A DNA stretch of 63,601 nt, counting the filler, from Octopus bimaculoides (Eukaryota), in NCBI RefSeq assembly GCF_001194135.2. It is 6 parts of 6 records of this genome, joined end to end, with 100 filler letters (N's around TTAATTAATTAA, not from the genome) between each part and the next. Parts side by side here need not be neighbours in the genome. Positions count along the whole stretch, not along the records: positions 1 to 26,654 come from NC_068994.1; positions 26,755 to 31,840 come from NC_069003.1; positions 31,941 to 36,315 come from NC_068981.1; positions 36,416 to 40,739 come from NC_068986.1; 2 more parts are not named here. One strand, written 5' to 3'. The notes beneath the pieces were generated by a model. The model was given only the letters and a program-made list of their open reading frames with translations. It was not told the origin of the DNA and did no database searches. The translations under genes and the position numbers were made by a program. Within the stretch, counting starts at the first letter, position 1. Each line of letters opens with the position of its first letter. Below, piece after piece: positions 25,341-39,092 of the stretch.

Positions 25341-26227
25341 TATATATATATATATATGTATGTATCTGCTTGTGTGTCTGTGTTTGTCCTCCCACCATCG
25401 CTTGACAACTGATGTTTGTGTGTTTACATCCCCATAACAGCAAAAGAGACTGATAGAATAATTACTGGGCTTATAAAGAATAAGTCCTGGGGTCGATTTG
25501 TTTGACTAAAGGCAGTGCTCCAGCATGGCCACAGTCAAATGACTGAAACATGTAAAAGAGTAAAAGAATAAAAATATACATTGTCTATATTGTCAATCTA
25601 CTGAAATATCTTGGATGGAATAAATATTTTCTGTTAAAGTTTTTCTGTAACCCCTCAATATATTGGTAGGAAATTCTCAAAATATACCACAGCAACTTTA
25701 GTAGGTCTAACACAATGGCTGGTGGTAACCTTATTAATTAATTAATTATTGTTTAGATTAACATCATTTGTATATGTACAAACCACTGTCAACATGGATA
25801 AACTGGTTCCACTAGCTACTGAAATGACTGTCATCATTTATAAAGTTATGTAACACCATAAAAATAAAATGTTTGGACTCAAAATATATCTTTGTAATAG
25901 ACATAGAAATCTGACAACAAATTTCTTAAAAGAAATGCTATCTGTAACTGCTATCATCTTTGCTTGTTGACAGAAACTGCAGGCAGCCAAATTAAAGTCA
26001 AAGAGCGGTGAACTGGTTGAATAATGGACAAAATGTGTTGCAAATTACAGGGATTTCACAAATGATTGAGGCATATCAAAGTGAAGCATGCCACAAATTG
26101 GTTCAAAAGAATAATGCAAAATAGATAGTTAATCCATTTTCACAGCACAGAATGTAAATCCACAACTCCAACAGTATCCAAAAGTATTCAACGATGAATG
26201 GATCCTTAAGCATGGCATAAAAGCACA

Positions 26228-26552
26228 ATAAAAAGAGATGAATGGGTTATCTGGTATTGTTACAATTGTTTTACTAAGAGTCTTTATAAGCACAGTACAG
26301 TCAGATATGCAGTATGCATATCTGACTGAATGATGTTTACATTTCAATAAATCAACATATCACTGCTTGCATGTCAGTTAATGAACATGTCACTGCTCAC
26401 TTGCTTATTAGTTAGCCTGATGAGTTGAGAGTTGCATAAATTTATGGATGTTGTGCATGCTGCATATCTGTATGTACAATGCTTTTGCCTCAATAAAGAC
26501 TCTAAACAAAACAACTGTAGCAATACCAGATCATCCATTTGTCTGTTTTTAT
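26228..26552. mobile_element. MITE/foldback element with ~95-bp inverted arms
   Basis: ATAAAAA.AGA..AATGG.T.ATCTGGTATTG.TACA.TTGTTTT...AGAGTCTTTAT inverted at both ends (ORF track shows paired peptides TIVTIPDNPF / TTVAIPDHPF). Confidence 0.7.
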
Positions 26553-26603
26553 CAGGTGTGTCTATCTTTCTATATATACATATATACATACATACATATA
26601 TAC

Positions 26604-26654
<51 letters not shown>

Positions 26655-26754
26655 NNNNNNNNNNNNNNNNNNNNNNNNNNNNNNNNNNNNNNNNNNNNTT
26701 AATTAATTAANNNNNNNNNNNNNNNNNNNNNNNNNNNNNNNNNNNNNNNNNNNN
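26655..26754. other. assembly join: 44N-TTAATTAATTAA-44N (also 31841-31940, 36316-36415, 40740-40839, 56873-56972)
   Basis: Identical 100-bp structure five times; the 12-mer is palindromic and places TAA in all six frames. Confidence 0.95.
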
Positions 26755-26786
26755 CGCGCACACACTCATAGGCGCGCACACACTCA

Positions 26787-27395
26787 TACGCCAACGTTCT
26801 ACAAGCTTATCAAAGCTTGTCAATGCTTTGACGATGGAAATAACCGTGTCTTGAGTCGAGTTCCTTAAACCAGGTTTTCGGCGCCATTTCGTTGTTGAGC
26901 GAAACGCCTCGCAGGTTGTAGGTGAACAACCGAGAAAGGTAATATTCTGAAGGTTCTATATAATGGAATCACCGTTGATGCAGTTGAACTTCCCAATAGA
27001 GCTTTTGAATAACAGTTTTGGGCAAATTAACGACCGGTGATAGTAGTTCGTTTCAGCTGGATTGTCGCTTCGAGTCAGCGCATTTGGTGAACATAAAGCT
27101 CTTCATTGACCTGTCGAGTGAAAGTGACAGGTGATGGTATCAAAGAGGATCCCATCTACGGGGCCAATTCCCTGGTGGATTAGCACGGATCCTCATGGAT
27201 AAGTTCATTCAATTGATGTTTATTGAACCGTACAGATCGGCCGGAACGCTCAGAGTCCGGGGTCCAATTTCCACTTTTTGAAGCCTAAAGGCCATTTCTG
27301 TGCAGGACCTTCTTCGTACAGTGCTAAAATGTCTTGTGTGACTTTGACAGCTTTGGAACCTTGGTTGAAAGCAGAGGGTGTTGAAAATTCTCATT
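26787..27395 (-). mobile_element. degraded mariner transposase (internally deleted)
   Basis: Minus-strand peptides FNQGSKAVK, KSGNW..SERSGRSV.FN..QLNELIHEDP.*STRELA, VNEELYVHQM, KLYWEV, NLRGVSLNNE...TWF, KLVERW, collinear with mariner transposase. Confidence 0.85.
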
Positions 27396-27443
27396 TTTTT
27401 CCCCCTACTTAGCACTCCATCGTCATTAACCATCTCCCTCCCT

Positions 27444-27480
<37 letters not shown>

Positions 27481-27561
27481 TCAGCAGTAAGACAGACACC
27501 TTCTGGAGAACGATGGCTTAGGTTAGGTACAAGATTAGCCTTATATCATGACGATATTCTT

Positions 27562-27693
27562 TTCTGCTCTAGACACAAGGCCCGAAATTTTGGGGGAGGG
27601 AGCCAGTCGATTAGATCGACCCCAGTATGCAACTGGTACTTAATTTATCAACCCCGAAAGGGTGAAAAGCAAAGTCGACCTCAGCGGAATTTG
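27562..27693 (-). mobile_element. 5'-truncated SINE family B with 20-bp target-site duplication
   Basis: TATATCATGACGATATTCTT occurs at 27542-27561 and 27694-27713, flanking the family B 3' half. Confidence 0.85.
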
Positions 27694-27859
27694 TATATCA
27701 TGACGATATTCTTATGATTCTGTCAAGAATTGTGGACCAAAGACAAGTCATGGAATTGTGAAAGACACCTGTTAACCATTTAAAAGCAACGGTTTCCGTT
27801 TTGGAAATTATTTCATTTCATCATTTTGTGATGGACCAAGAAATTTCATAGAATTTATA

Positions 27860-27956
27860 TCATAACTATTGTATGTATGTCACATTTCCTGGTGTTACCC
27901 ACGGTGACAATAGCGTACTTCCAAAGCTATCCGTCATATGACGGGTAACACACTAG
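27860..27956 (+). mobile_element. mini-Helitron (non-autonomous)
   Basis: Hairpin TATCCGTCATATGACGGGTA (27928-27947) followed 5 nt later by CTAG|T; candidate A|TC 5' end at 27860 is less certain. Confidence 0.55.
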
Positions 27957-27963
27957 TATATAT

Positions 27964-27995
<32 letters not shown>

Positions 27996-28358
27996 TGAGT
28001 ACATGTTTGTGTTGGTATGAGGGACGACAATATATGTACACTCTACTACAACAATGTTTTCAGTGACCTTAAGTCATATTCCTGTAAATGTCACCCCCAA
28101 CCCTTACGCTCGAGTAACTTAATGTCAAAGGTGAATGTGTGAACCAGGTTGTAATAGTTCGAGTCCAAGAGATTATCGTTTTTCGTTTCGTTGTAATTTT
28201 TTTTTTGTTTTATTTTATTGTTTGGTGATTTTTTTTTCTTCTCGGGAGAGGATGAGGGCGTGAGGACATGCTGCACTTATAAAGTGATTTTCACAAGAAA
28301 ATGTTGACTATTTACTTTTAAATAGTGCATTGTTTGTTCGAAGATTTTACACATACAC

Positions 28359-28365
<7 letters not shown>

Positions 28366-28432
<67 letters not shown>
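28366..28432. repeat. (GT)n microsatellite
   Basis: Uninterrupted GT tract; similar tracts at 31224-31266 and 62606-62644. Confidence 0.95.
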
Positions 28433-28441
<9 letters not shown>

Positions 28442-29129
28442 CGAAAGAGTGATTTTTGTAGGAGAGAGGGTTAGAAGGACGAGTTATGGAAAATCTTGGT
28501 GAAGGGAAAGAATAGAAGTGAAATAGAAAGATACAGACTTAGATAGGCATAGACAGATAGGCAGATAGATAGATAGATAGATAGAAAGTAGACAGATAGA
28601 ATGATTGAGAAATGTCGCTGGGGGAAAGAGCAGAAAGGGCAAAATCAAATGGGGTGGCGATAAAGATGATGAAAGGGTGGGGTTGCTACAAAGGGTAAGT
28701 GGTAGAGATAAAGAGGAAATAAGAGAAATAGGAAATAGATCATAGATAAAGTGTATGTGTGTGAGAGTTTATTTGTGTGTACCGTAGAGAAAAAAAGATG
28801 AAAAGGACAGAATAAAATAGCGAAGAACAAATGTGTGAAAAACTGGAATGGAAGTGGAGAATTATTCAAAACGATGCTAGTGTTTTGAGATTTTTCTTTC
28901 TTTTTGTAATGGCTACCATTATGTGCTCTTGTATCTAAATCACCCACTTCCAATTATTATGCATTTTCAAGTCACCGAAGACTGTGTTTTCAATTCCCTC
29001 CTGTGATATCTCTAGTAATAACAACTGTTAAATTTTCCTTCACCACCACACCTACACAACTTTGGGGTCTTCCTTGTTTGTTTGTTTGGCAGGGAGTGTG
29101 TTTTATGAATTAGTAGGAGTAGAGTACCC

Positions 29130-29345
29130 ATGGTACTATTCAGGGCTTCTGAGATTAGTGATAGGAAAGGAAGGACATTAGCCTGTCAGTGCAAGGTGGA
29201 CAGTGACACGATACATTTCAGGGCCTCCGTGATTGGTAAGAAAGGGAAGACATTAGATCGACGGTGGAAGACGAACAGTACCATTGGTACTTTTCAAGGT
29301 CTCCAACATTGGTGGCAGGAATGGAAGGGCGTTAGTCTCGGGGCA
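29130..29345 (+). repeat. three diverged ~77-bp tandem units
   Basis: TTCAGGG/TTCAAGG anchors at 29139, 29217 and 29293, each followed by ATT.GT..AGGAA.GGAAG..C.TTAG. Confidence 0.55.
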
Positions 29346-31218
29346 GAGATTTGACCTCGATATTCGTAACATGATGGACCCCATTCAAGAGAACCGTAGG
29401 GCCTGATGGCGATGCTAAACTTAGAATATAAATCTAAGACCCCCCAAAAACAAGAACGGTTCGACACCGCTTCCACTTACCAAAATTCATTCACAACCTG
29501 TGGTTGTAGTTGTAGACGTGCTATAAGATGAAGACATCGTAGGTTAAAATAAGATTTTTTTTAATCTCAAATATCAATGAGATATTGCAAGTGAGAAGCT
29601 GCAACTGTCATAATCTACGACGTGAGTTCGATCCAAACTTTCATCATAAACGAAATTTTAAATCTCCTAAAAGTTACGGGTCCGTTTTCTTTTGGGGGTT
29701 AGATTGTACCCTAATTCTTGTTTGACCCTAGGTCATCCCTCGTCCAGTAAACAAGACCAATGATCAAAAGCATTCCACCTGTCACATAATGTATTTAGCA
29801 TTGTCTCTTTTTTAAAGTAGCTGCGATTTGCCAGATATTTCGTTGCTATGTTTTTTTAAAGTCTAGCGACATGCACGTTAATTTCACGAGCAGGCTGTTC
29901 CGTTGATCGGATCAACTGGAACCCTCGACGTCGTAAGTGACGGAGTGCCAACATGTGTGCATAACCTTCAAACTGTGTCCTACACAAAATCACTGACTGT
30001 TAAGAATCATGCTTTCGACAGTTGTGGCGAATACGGAATCATATTTATGTTTTCAAATCTGGTCGTAAAATTAGGCCTACAAAAAGTTTTTTTTTTAATT
30101 TCTTCGGCAGCTTTAGGTAGTGATAAAAGCCGACCGCTTACCGCTGTCATTACAGCTCGTAAAGTTTCGCCAACACCTCTCCTTCGCAAGACACAAACTG
30201 TAAGTAGAAGCTTACTTGTTAAAAATGACAGTAAGTTATGTGGAACTCTGAAGTCGTTGGCACAATGCTACAGCCCGATGTTAGCAGCCCAACAATAGCT
30301 ATTAGATTATAACATGGCTAGTGAATAAGTATATATACGGCGACGGCGTATGCATTTAGCCTCACTCATATGCATTTAGTCTCATCGAAACTTACCCCCG
30401 TGTAGCTCTGATACCCTACTTATTCAGCGATTTTTCAGAAAACTTTGCTCAAGGCCGTCTCAGCATCATTACAGGCCCCGGAGGAGTGGAATACAATAGA
30501 ATTTATTGTATTTATTGCCAGGAAGTCACAGAATATATAGATTAGAATTGGGCCCTTAGACTCCGGGAAGTCCCTGGCAAACATCCACTGCACCCATGCC
30601 TTATGATAGTACTGCTTTTGTTAACCTTTACATTCTGAATTGAAATCACATAGAGACCGACATTGCTTTTCATCTTTTCGAGTTCGCCATCGACTGCTTA
30701 CACACCACCACCATCATCAGCTGGTCATTGAATGCCTTCAATGGAGTTAACTCTGCTGCAAGCTTTCAGACCAGGTGACTGGTCTAGGAATAAAATAGCA
30801 AGTCATTTCTTCGTTTTCCCCACCCTTCATCGCTCATCACTTTCAGGTACCTTACAAATGTTTTAACCACTGATCTTCTTACTCCTTTTGCTTACTTGAA
30901 GTACCAGTGAAGTAATGAGATATGGTATAATTGTCTACAGCCACTATCAAAAAGAAAAAAAGGAAGAAAAAAAACGTGTCCTTTTATACATGTTAGAAAT
31001 AAATATATTTACTTTGAATTTAACATTTGTATGTTGTTACTTCGACTGACAGAAGACATAAAATGTGAGCAAACAGGATTTCTTCTTCTCTTATCTGCGT
31101 TGGTCATGTGATAGATCGTCTGCTCTATCCATTTTGGTATGTGATACTGTGTATCGTCTGCTCTGTGTGCGTTTACAGAAACCTGTTATCTCTTTGCTCA
31201 GGAATATAATACAATGCA

Positions 31219-31270
<52 letters not shown>

Positions 31271-31940
31271 GAAAAAAATTAACCGAATTCCCTGTTCTCT
31301 TCTCTTGGATCTACACTCTGTAATTTGTCAATCAAAATCGGACTGTTTAATACTTGATTGGAAGTTGAACATACTTAGATATGCAAGGAGGTTTCTGCAA
31401 CAATTATTATGCTATCTTATTCGAAATGGTAACTGTTCAACACACTCTCACTCAAACATAGACAAAGTGAGAGAGAGCCATGCAGGTATACGTGTACAGT
31501 TATCCACACGCAAGCAACACATACGTACAAGTGGTAACAAATATATAGACGCTCTTCTATGAACACTTAACATTATATAAACCCATATATCTCGAAGGTT
31601 AAACACCACACACACACACATACAAGGTGTCCATAAATTACCTTTGCAATTTGAAAAATTCAGAGAAAAAGTAAACACAGAAGTATAACTCAGCAGGTTG
31701 CGTGCAACCAATGAAGCCGACGTGGAAATGTTGTGATGTTTCTAATAAAACTTTATTTGCCGATGTTTTCTAATAAAATCTGCCGAGTTTTCATTATTCT
31801 TTTGTTTTTCTGAATTTTTCAAATTGTAAAGATAATTTATNNNNNNNNNNNNNNNNNNNNNNNNNNNNNNNNNNNNNNNNNNNNTTAATTAATTAANNNN
31901 NNNNNNNNNNNNNNNNNNNNNNNNNNNNNNNNNNNNNNNN

Positions 31941-32185
31941 GCGGGTGGCACATAAAAGACACCATTTCGAGCGTGGCCGTTTTCATGCGGGTGACACGTA
32001 AAAGCACCCACTACACTCTCTGAGTGGTTGGCGTTAGGAAGGGCATCCAGCTGTAGAAACTCTGCCAAATTAGATTGGAGCCTGGTGTTGCCATCCGGTT
32101 TCACCAGTCCTCAGTCAAATCGTCCAACCCATGCTAGCATGGAAAGCGGACGTTAAACGATGATGATGATGATGATGATGATGAT
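31941..32185 (+). mobile_element. SINE-like family A copy
   Basis: Near-identical core to 7519-7699 and the reverse complement of 32817-33090; (GAT)n tail. Confidence 0.85.
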
Positions 32186-32782
32186 ATATATATATGTATA
32201 TGTATATATATATACACACACACACACATATATACATGTATATATATATACATGTATATATATACATGTATATATATACACATCAGCTCAACTATCTCTC
32301 AACCCTAGCATCAGTAGCTTCCTAGTGGTTTGTATCCTTGCATCATGTGCTGACAGAGCTTTTTCTGTCTCACACATATACATCCACGCTCACACACTCA
32401 TATCCAAGTATATGGCCATATACATACAAGTAGATGTCACATATTGGAGTTTCTTACATCTGTTAAAATGTCAAATTGATGCACATTGTTGTTTATATCC
32501 TCCCTGATAAGATTGATGCATTGCTCCACATTATTCATCCTATTGGATTTATTTTGAATGCATCCATCGAAACATATGTCGATGATATGAAGATATAAAT
32601 GATTTGATAACATCCTGAGTGTTTGTCTCCATTTTCAATTTTTCCTATGTTTTCCAAAATTCGTCTTGCTTCCCCCCAGAATTAACTCTCACACAAGTGT
32701 GATCACTGATTCCTGGGACACTTATATGACATCTGGCTACCTTGTAATTATTTCCCTAGATCTTTCCTATAAATTGAACATT

Positions 32783-32816
<34 letters not shown>

Positions 32817-32819
<3 letters not shown>

Positions 32820-33089
32820 TCATCATCATCATCATCATCATCATCGTTTAACGTCTGCTTTCCATGCTAGCATGGATTGGACGATTTGACTGAGGACTGG
32901 TGGATCAGGTGGCTACACCAGGCTCCAATCTGATTTGGCAGAGTTTCTACAGCTGGATGCCCTTCCTAACGCCAACCACTCCGAGAGTGTAGTGGGTGCT
33001 TTTAACATGCCACCAACACGAAGGCCAGTCAGGCGGTATTGGCAACGGCCAGGCTTGAAATGGTGTACTTTACGTACCACCTGCACAGG

Positions 33090-33090
<1 letters not shown>
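32817..33090 (-). mobile_element. SINE-like family A copy
   Basis: (TCA)n tail, GTTTAACGTC...GAGTTTCTACAGCTGGATGCCCTTCCTAACGCCAACCACTCCGA. Confidence 0.85.
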
Positions 33091-33133
<43 letters not shown>

Positions 33134-34031
33134 AAATTAAGAATTGATGTATAAAAATTCAAAGAATAAATCCACATTAAGAACTCAATTAATAAGGGAT
33201 CATTAAACTCCAACACATTATTACATTGTAGTAAGTCAGAGTGGGACGATCTTGCATTTATATACATAATCTGCTAAAATGATCTTTAAGAGCAACATAT
33301 TCAGCCTTAAAGCTGAAATACATAAATTTCACATATAGCTCACAACAGGTATTTCATTACGATAAATATCACTAAATGTTTTATTCGATATTTATGGTAC
33401 ATAATTAATTAATTTAAATTAAATTGAATTAAACACTATGTTTACTCAAATCATCAGAAATGTCGTGTTATGTTAATCATTTCTCTTCTTCTCAATGTTT
33501 CTGTTTGTCTTGATGTATTTAAACTAGTAATGGTTTTCTGATTAACCTAACACAACATTCCTAATCATTTTGGTAAACACATTTTTTGAATTAACTTAAT
33601 TTAATTTAATTATGTATCATAATCATGTAATTATACATTTGGTGGTGTTTATCTGAATGAAACACCTGTTGAGCACAATTATAGTATGAACTATATGTAA
33701 AATTTAAGCTTTTCTACTAAATATATATATTATACTGTGTATATATACATATACATATATATATACACACACACACATGCATATATACATATAGATAGAC
33801 AGATAAATAGATAGAGAGATACTATGTCTATAGTCACAGTGTCTTCAAGTTAAATGCTATTTGAATTAATTCTAATAAAAAATGTGATGTCTTTGCCTCT
33901 TTGTTGTGATGAGCCAGCTCGATTCAATAATGTCTTGAAAATATGTATACCTATGTTTCACTGCCATAAAGCATAGCTGTCCATACATAAACATCATACA
34001 ATCTGCTTTCACTCTGAGGGAGAGGCCCTTT

Positions 34032-34158
34032 GTTTAACGCTCGGGAATAGAGAAAGTCTTTAACGTTTCGAGCTACGCTCTTCAACAGAAAGAAATAAGG
34101 AGAAAAATAAGGAGAAAAAAATTTTAATGTAGTCATCAGCGATCTATCATGGCGACTA
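34032..34158 (-). mobile_element. second copy of the Penelope-type terminal repeat fragment
   Basis: Reverse complement reads GTCGCCATGATAGATCGCTGATGA...TTTCTGTTGAAGAGCGTAGCTCGAAACGTTAAAGACTTTC. Confidence 0.55.
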
Positions 34159-34194
34159 TATATATACACACACATATACACACACATATACATA

Positions 34195-35074
34195 CAGGGT
34201 GCGATGGGTAAATTGTCACAATTTTATATTTTTAATTTCGCACATGCACATTGTTTGTTTTTGATTTTGTTGACTACCCAGTATAGTAGGCTCAGTTGGG
34301 GACTGTCTCTGAGAAAAACAGCACCATGACGCAATTCATTCTGTCAGAAATTTGGAAACAACATGCTGTACTGCTTGGCGTTTGCACCAGAAGCTTCAAT
34401 ATGAACATTTCAGAGAGTCTGGGTGTCAATCTGCGGACAGTGTAATCTGAGGAGATGTACCAAGAGTGATAAAAATCAAACATCCAGTCAATATTATGAT
34501 TTTTGGGATAATCACTACCTACATGAAGTACCTGGAGTAGGTAGTGCTGCCCTGGGTCATGAGGGTGGCTGCTGGAAGACCCTATGTCTGGCAACAAGAC
34601 TCTGCCCCATGCCACACAAGCAGGAGAACCCAGTCATGGCTGTCAGACAATTTCTGTGTCCACATCACCCCTAACATCTGACCACCTAACTTCCCAGATT
34701 GCAACCCCCTTGATTATTGTGTGGGGTGCAGTTGAGTGAGAGACCGACAAAACTCCTTGTAACACCAAANNNNNNNNNNGTGCAGTTGAGTGAGAGACCG
34801 ACAAAACTCCTTGTAACACCAAAGATGAACTGAAGGCAAGGATTATGGCAGCATTCACCAACTTAAATGAGGAGACCGTCCAGAAGAGTTGCAGGAGATC
34901 CTGAAGTCGTCTGGAGACTGTGGTTGAAGTCAAAGGGATATTTTTGAATAAATTTACTCTTTAGTATTTCAAGATATTTTTATGTAATTTTGATAAATAT
35001 GTCTGTTAAAATGAGATATCGGTGTTATTTTCATTTTTGCGTAATTTAGATGACAGTTTATTCACTGCACCCTG
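34195..35074 (+). mobile_element. maT (DD37D) Tc1/mariner element, internally deleted
   Basis: TA-CAGGGTGCGATGGGTAAATTGTCA / TGACAGTTTATTCACTGCACCCTG-TA TIRs; YVWQQDSAPCH...PPNFPDCNPLDY with 37 residues between the 2nd and 3rd catalytic Asp (one read through a stop). Confidence 0.88.
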
Positions 35075-35412
35075 TATGTGTATGTGTATGTGTGTGTGTG
35101 TGTGTGTGTGTGTNNNNNNNNNNNNNNNNNNNNNNNNNNNNNNNNNNNNNNNNNNNNNNNNNNNNNNNNNNNNNNNNNNNNNNNNNNNNNNNNNNNNNNN
35201 NNNNNNNNNNNNNNNNNNNNNNNNNNNNNNNNNNNNNNNNNNNNNNNNNNNNNNNNNNNNNNNNNNNNNNNNNNNNNNNNNNNNNNNNNNNNNNNNNNNN
35301 NNNNNNNNNNNNNNNNNNNNNNNNNNNNNNNNNNNNNNNNNNNNNNNNNNNNNNNNNNNNNNNNNNNNNNNNNNNNNNNNNNNNNNNNNNNNNNNNNNNN
35401 NNNNNNNNNNNN

Positions 35413-35443
<31 letters not shown>

Positions 35444-35958
35444 GAAGGTGCACAGCTTAGTGATGAGGGTGTTGCTCTCATAATCCCAAGTCTACATGGT
35501 TTTGATTTGCAAACCAGCATTGCATCGTGTTCTTGAGCAAAGCACTTCATTTCACATTGCTCCAGCCCTCTCTGCTGTAAATGGATAACACTGCAACAGA
35601 CTGGCATTCCATTCAGGGGGAATGTTGGTTGCCTGCCAAGCCAGTGGAGTAGCATCATTCAAAACTATAATAATGCAAGGAAGCAAATTGTGACCAGTAA
35701 CATATAACAACATCTGATAGTCTGATTGATGCTGTAATGTATATGTGTGTGTGTGTATATATATACATAAGCACACACATATATGTGTATGTATGTGTGG
35801 GAGAATGGAGCCATAGTCAAGTGGCTACGGAGTTTGTTTTACTGCCATTAGGTCCCAGGTTCACACTCACTGTGTTCAACGTTGGATTATCAATTGAGCA
35901 AAATAAGCACATGCTTAGGGCATTAAGAGAAGGTGGGGGCACCACAGAAATGATAAGG

Positions 35959-36172
35959 CGGTGAGCTGGCAGAAACGTTAGCACACCGGGCAAAAAGCTT
36001 AGAAGTATTTCATCTAATGTTACATTCTGAGTTCAAATTCCGCTGAGGTCAACTTTGCCTTTCATCCTTTCGGGGTCGATAAATTAAGTACCAGTTATGC
36101 ACTGGGGTCGATGTAATCGACTTAATCCGTTTGTCTGTCCCCTCTATGTTTAGCCCCTTGTGGGCAATAAAG
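35959..36172 (+). mobile_element. tRNA-derived SINE family B
   Basis: GGCGGTGAGCTGGCAGAAACGTTAGCAC head, GAGTTCAAATTCC B-box, CTTTCATCCTTTCGGGGTCGATAAATTAAGTACC body. Confidence 0.85.
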
Positions 36173-36415
36173 AAATAAGAAATGATAAATGATTTACAGT
36201 ACAAAGGAAATCACTTTAAGCTTGCTAAAATAATATTTGGGATGTCTTATCTCCACTAACTATAGAAGCAGATGCGTCATGTAAGATTAATTTTGAAGAT
36301 CTAATTGAAGATTTTNNNNNNNNNNNNNNNNNNNNNNNNNNNNNNNNNNNNNNNNNNNNTTAATTAATTAANNNNNNNNNNNNNNNNNNNNNNNNNNNNN
36401 NNNNNNNNNNNNNNN

Positions 36416-36830
36416 GAGGAGGAGGAGGAAGGTGAAGGAACAGAAGGAGGAAAAGAAGGAAAAAGGGTGGAGGAGGGGAGAAGAGTAGGAGGACAACGAA
36501 GAAGAGAGAGGGAATTGGGAGGAGGAAGAGGAGGAGGGGAGAAGGGGTAATAGGAAGAAGAAGAAGAAAAGTAGGAAAGGGGAAGAGGAGGAGGGGAGAT
36601 GAGAAGAAGAGGAGGAAGGGAACAAAAGGATGAGGGTGTTGGAGGCGGAGAGGGAGGCGAAGTAGAAGAAGAAAAAGAAAACGAAGAAAAAGAAGAGGAG
36701 AACAGCGACGGGGAAGAAGAGGAAAGGAGAAGGATGAGGAGGTTATGGTGGAGGGGGTGCCAAAATAGTTGAAGCGTTGGAGAAGCGGGAGGAGGGGGAG
36801 GAGAAGCATATTAATGATGAATAGAAGGAA
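36416..36830. repeat. purine-rich (GAG/GAA) low-complexity tract
   Basis: Almost exclusively G/A on the + strand; similar tract at 39095-39240. Confidence 0.9.
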
Positions 36831-36919
36831 AATGTGAAAGTACAAAAATTATCGGAGAGAGAAATTGTTTCACAAAATATTTATATTGAAACAACAATTA
36901 ACGACGACAACAACAACGG

Positions 36920-38510
<1,591 letters not shown>

Positions 38511-38649
38511 CTATAGGGTGTGAAGATGTTAGTGCAAAGATAGAATACATCAGCACCCAGTTACTCACACACATACACACACGGATGTAGGTGTTTGTGT
38601 ATGTCTTTGGTCATATAAACAGCCGAAATATACAGGGTATATATATATC

Positions 38650-38765
38650 AAACAGGACACAGTCGTGTGTCGATAAGCCAGCTGGAGGAGATGTCCTCCT
38701 GGGGCTAAAAGCAACAGTAACATCCACCCCTAGGGGTCAGCCACACTTAAGTGGCAATATACTAC

Positions 38766-38769
<4 letters not shown>
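38650..38769 (+). repeat. short (TA)n-embedded element, copy 1
   Basis: 38683-38769 is identical over 87 bp to the reverse complement of 56989-57075; both copies lie between (TA)n tracts. Confidence 0.8.
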
Positions 38770-38844
<75 letters not shown>

Positions 38845-38915
38845 ATGAATATATAGACATATATATATATACATATACACATATATACATAATTATATGC
38901 ATATATATGCACGCA

Positions 38916-38962
<47 letters not shown>

Positions 38963-39038
38963 GAATGTATATGAATATATAGAGGCGTGTATATACTTTT
39001 AGAGATGTTATTTCATATTTGTCATGTAGCTATTTGAT

Positions 39039-39039
<1 letters not shown>

Positions 39040-39090
<51 letters not shown>
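39040..39090. repeat. (TAG)17 microsatellite
   Basis: Direct reading. Confidence 0.9.

Positions 39091-39092
<2 letters not shown>

Noticed and set aside
26699-26710. TTAATTAATTAA as a recurrent homeodomain site or regulatory palindrome
   Set aside because: It is always embedded centrally in 44+44 N, so it is an assembly spacer.
34726-34823. 44-bp direct repeat in the maT element, and a 35-bp direct repeat at 52363-52442
   Set aside because: Each pair flanks a 10-N gap exactly, i.e. unmerged contig overlap.
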